Below, piece by piece: positions 61,110 through 64,000 of a stretch of 64,000 bases of DNA. Within the stretch, counting starts at the first letter, position 1, and the number at the start of each line of letters is the position of its first letter. The notes under the pieces were generated by a model. That model saw nothing but the letters and a program-made list of their open reading frames with translations. It searched no databases and had not been told where the DNA came from. The stretch covers positions 38,132,001 through 38,196,000 of the forward strand of contig CM119371.1 of assembly GCA_051294905.1 (NCBI GenBank), written 5' to 3'. The stretch is from Botryllus schlosseri. Taxonomy: Eukaryota. Made by a program: the position numbers and the translations under genes.

Positions 61110-61570
61110 ATCAGGGCGATTTTTTTGACATGTCAAAATTGTTTACGAAGTCAAAGAAATTTTTCATCTGCATTTCGTTTGTATCGTAGATGTTTGCACT
61201 GTCGATGAACTTATCATTTGACAATTTACAGCTTGTAGCCTGCTTTATAGGCCTACCATTGTCTGATCACCGTAAACCATAAACGGTCAAATGAAACAAA
61301 TAGGTTGACATGGTGTTATGCTCAACGTACCGCGATATCCTAACTGAGGGAAGACTGCATGGGCATTGGTTGTTATATCAAGAAGCGCGTGATGAAAATT
61401 GTGATGTAGACGCCATTGCCAGAATGAAGCAACACGGTGTGTCACCAGCAGCGTACGCCAACAACTGCCGCTGTTGAACGTTCTTTCTCCATTCATGACA
61501 AGCTACTTAGTAAGGACAGACACTTTCAACCCGAGATTGTAGAGAAGTATCATTCGTTGTACTACAACGA
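61110..61570 (+). mobile_element. hAT transposase C-terminal remnant
   Basis: Plus-strand frame TTAAVERSFSIHDKLLSKDRHFQPEIVEKYHSLYYN. Confidence 0.65.
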
Positions 61571-61898
61571 ATTCTAATTATTTCTACCGTTATGTTTTTT
61601 TCTTGTAAAAAGTTATCAGTTTTCGAGTCAAAGAAGTTTTTCAGGCGAAACTACTTCGTAAGGACAGACAGTTACAACCAGAAATGAAGATAAGCAGTAC
61701 AATTCTAACATTATGAGGGAAAACAACTAATTTGCATACATGAGGTCAAAATAAGCTTATTAACATAAAAAATGTTAAAATTTTGATTTTTTAGGTCAAA
61801 ATCTTCCGTTTATATGTAAAAAAAATGGCAATAATTAAACTTCTAATCCAATTCGGAAAATCTGAATAGTTTCTAGGGGTGCCTTTATTTTGTACATG

Positions 61899-62578
61899 CA
61901 AGCTAATGAAAAGCTAATGCAGCTAATTAAGCTAAGGAAAAGCTAATTAAGCTAATGAAAGGCTAATTAAGCTAATGAAAAGCTAAGTAAGCTAATGAAA
62001 AGCTAATGAAAAGCTAATTAAGCTAATGAAAAAGTAAGCTAATGAAAAGTAAGCTAATGAAAAGCTAATGAAGCTAATTAAGCTAATGAAAAGCTAATGA
62101 AAAGCTAATTAAGCTAATGAAAAGCTAAGTAAGCTAATGAAAAGCTAATTGAAAGCTAATTAAGCTAATGAAAAAGTAAGCTAATGAAAAGTAAGCTAAT
62201 GAAAAGCTAATGAAGCTAATTAAGCTAATGAAAAGCTAAGTAAGCTAATGAAAAGCTAATTAAGCTAATGAAAAAGTAGGCTAATGAAAAGTAAGCTAAT
62301 GAAAAGCTAATGAAGCTAATTAAGCTAATGAAAAGCTAATTAAGCTAATGAAAAAGTAAGCTAATGAAAAGTAAGCTAATGAAAAGCTAATTAAGCTAAT
62401 TAAGCTAATGAAAAGCTAATTACGCTAATGAAAAAGTAAGCTAATGAAAAGTAAGCTAATGAAAAGCTAATGAAGCTAATTAAAAGCAATTAAGGTAATG
62501 AAAAGTAAGCTAATCAAAATCTAATGAAACAAGGTAATGAAAAACTAATGAAGCTAATGTAACAAGGAAGCTAATTGA
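61899..62578. repeat. Satellite of variant AAGCTAAT(GAA/T/GAAAAGT) units
   Basis: About 680 bp of directly visible 9-16-bp units. Confidence 0.95.
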
Positions 62579-63455
62579 ACACCACGCATCGAAAAACTTC
62601 GCTGATTGCAATTGCTAAATGTGTGCGTTTGTTGATTGACGCTGAATTGGTATCTTTGAAATAATAATTATTAACCGACATCAATGCCAGCCTCGTTTAT
62701 AAATAAACTATGCTGCGAGTACTATCTCGCGATATTATTGAAAATACTCGTGATATACTCATTTACGACTATGAAAATGTTGCTACTTTATCGTTCCCAA
62801 TGACTATGAAAATTATTATATTTGGAACCACTACACATCGCCGATTTTAGGTTGAACATTGTGCCAATGAAAACGTAGCTTTCTCTTTACAAAATATATT
62901 GACCCTACATTGCTTAACTAGACCAGTTATAGAACTTTTTCTCTCCTGCGAACTGTTTGCTCTGGTTAAACCTGTACTCTACCAAACGATAGCTGTCCCG
63001 ACAACCCATAGCCGCAGGCGCGTAACATCAGTGCCGATATCCAGTCTGGTTAAAAAGGTACGATAACGACAGAAAAGGAATCCGTCGTGAAAAAATCTGT
63101 CAACTCATTTAGCGGATCACCGGTTCGTTGAGGCAACCTCACATTCGGGAGAAACCGAAATACGCCATCTCATCCTTGCTGTTCATGTCATTGGGTGATA
63201 ATTTTCAGTTTTGAAACACGAGCAAGCGTAACACTGTATTGAAAAATATAGCAACATATAAAACGAAACTGAGCATTCACTTGCAGAAAATTACGACAAC
63301 GAAAGGAAATACGCCAAAATGGACAGGGATTTCAGTACTTGCAGACAGAAAATGTTGTACATGTTGTATATGTTCAATTGTTCATGCTGGCAGTATAGGC
63401 ACAATTGCTGCAAATGTACAGTGCATTTATGAACTTGATTTTCTTTAGTTACAGC

Positions 63456-64000
63456 TCAACGAACTTTTCTTTTGCATTTAGTTCCTCCTGGCTTGCTGCC
63501 ACTTCGTTTCGAAGGATTATGCGCCATCAATTGCCCATCAGTGGAGAGTGATAATGATTTAGGCAGCTTACAGGCTGTCGGGGCGGGAAAATTCATTAAC
63601 TGCTGAAATGAACGGTCTTGCTCGTCTTTTGGCATGTCGTCCCAATCCCAAGGAGATACCAAATACTTTTTACAATTCTCAGCAAGGGTAAAAGTACCAC
63701 GGCCTGTGATACTCTTTCGTACATCCAAGTATTGTGAAGTGATCGCTGATTTGAGTAGATTAATTAGATCTGGTAACTTTTTCTTTTTCCAATCTGTCAA
63801 TCGCTTGAGAACATGGTTCATGCTCTCGCAGTTGTTATTGGTGAACCATTTGTGCTCGGCGCCGATAAAGCTACGCATTTGCCAGACCTTTTTTCGCAAC
63901 AACGGTAGCAATCTATTTTGTAAGTATGTGACCAGCATTGGGCATATGCTATGGCACCTAGTGAGTAGGTCTTCTTCTCTTCGATTAAATTCAATTTCGT
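63456..64000 (-). mobile_element. MULE/MuDR-like transposase C-terminal part (continues beyond the window)
   Basis: 160-aa ORF with WFTNNNCESMNHVLK, the TNN.xES.N..LK catalytic-Glu motif of Mutator-like transposases. Confidence 0.65.

Overview
AT-rich, intron-containing eukaryotic (animal) genomic DNA with no prokaryotic operons, CRISPR arrays or rRNA. The many ~59-62-nt introns and the repeat landscape suggest an invertebrate, possibly a tunicate (inference). Two convergent spliced genes were reconstructed by hand. (1) On the + strand (~2.9-13.9 kb) is the 3' part of an unrecognised Ser-rich, low-complexity gene that contains a tandem duplication of a two-exon cassette. (2) On the - strand (~43.4-26.3 kb) is a secreted astacin (M12A) family gene with the order signal peptide, propeptide, astacin, CUB, MAM, Thr/Pro-rich tail. 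Its zinc motif reads [11 protein letters not shown], so the catalytic Glu is replaced by Gln. Its mucin-like tail is cut by a premature TAA, and the former coding tail beyond it is interrupted by a solo LTR and a hAT MITE. The remainder is dense in DNA transposon relics: many hAT MITEs with 8-bp TSDs (several nested), a palindromic hATm element built from two 3' ends, a Tc1/pogo-type MITE, Chapaev3/hAT/MULE transposase fragments, tRNA-derived SINEs and an AAGCTAAT satellite. All calls come from manual reading; no searches were run.
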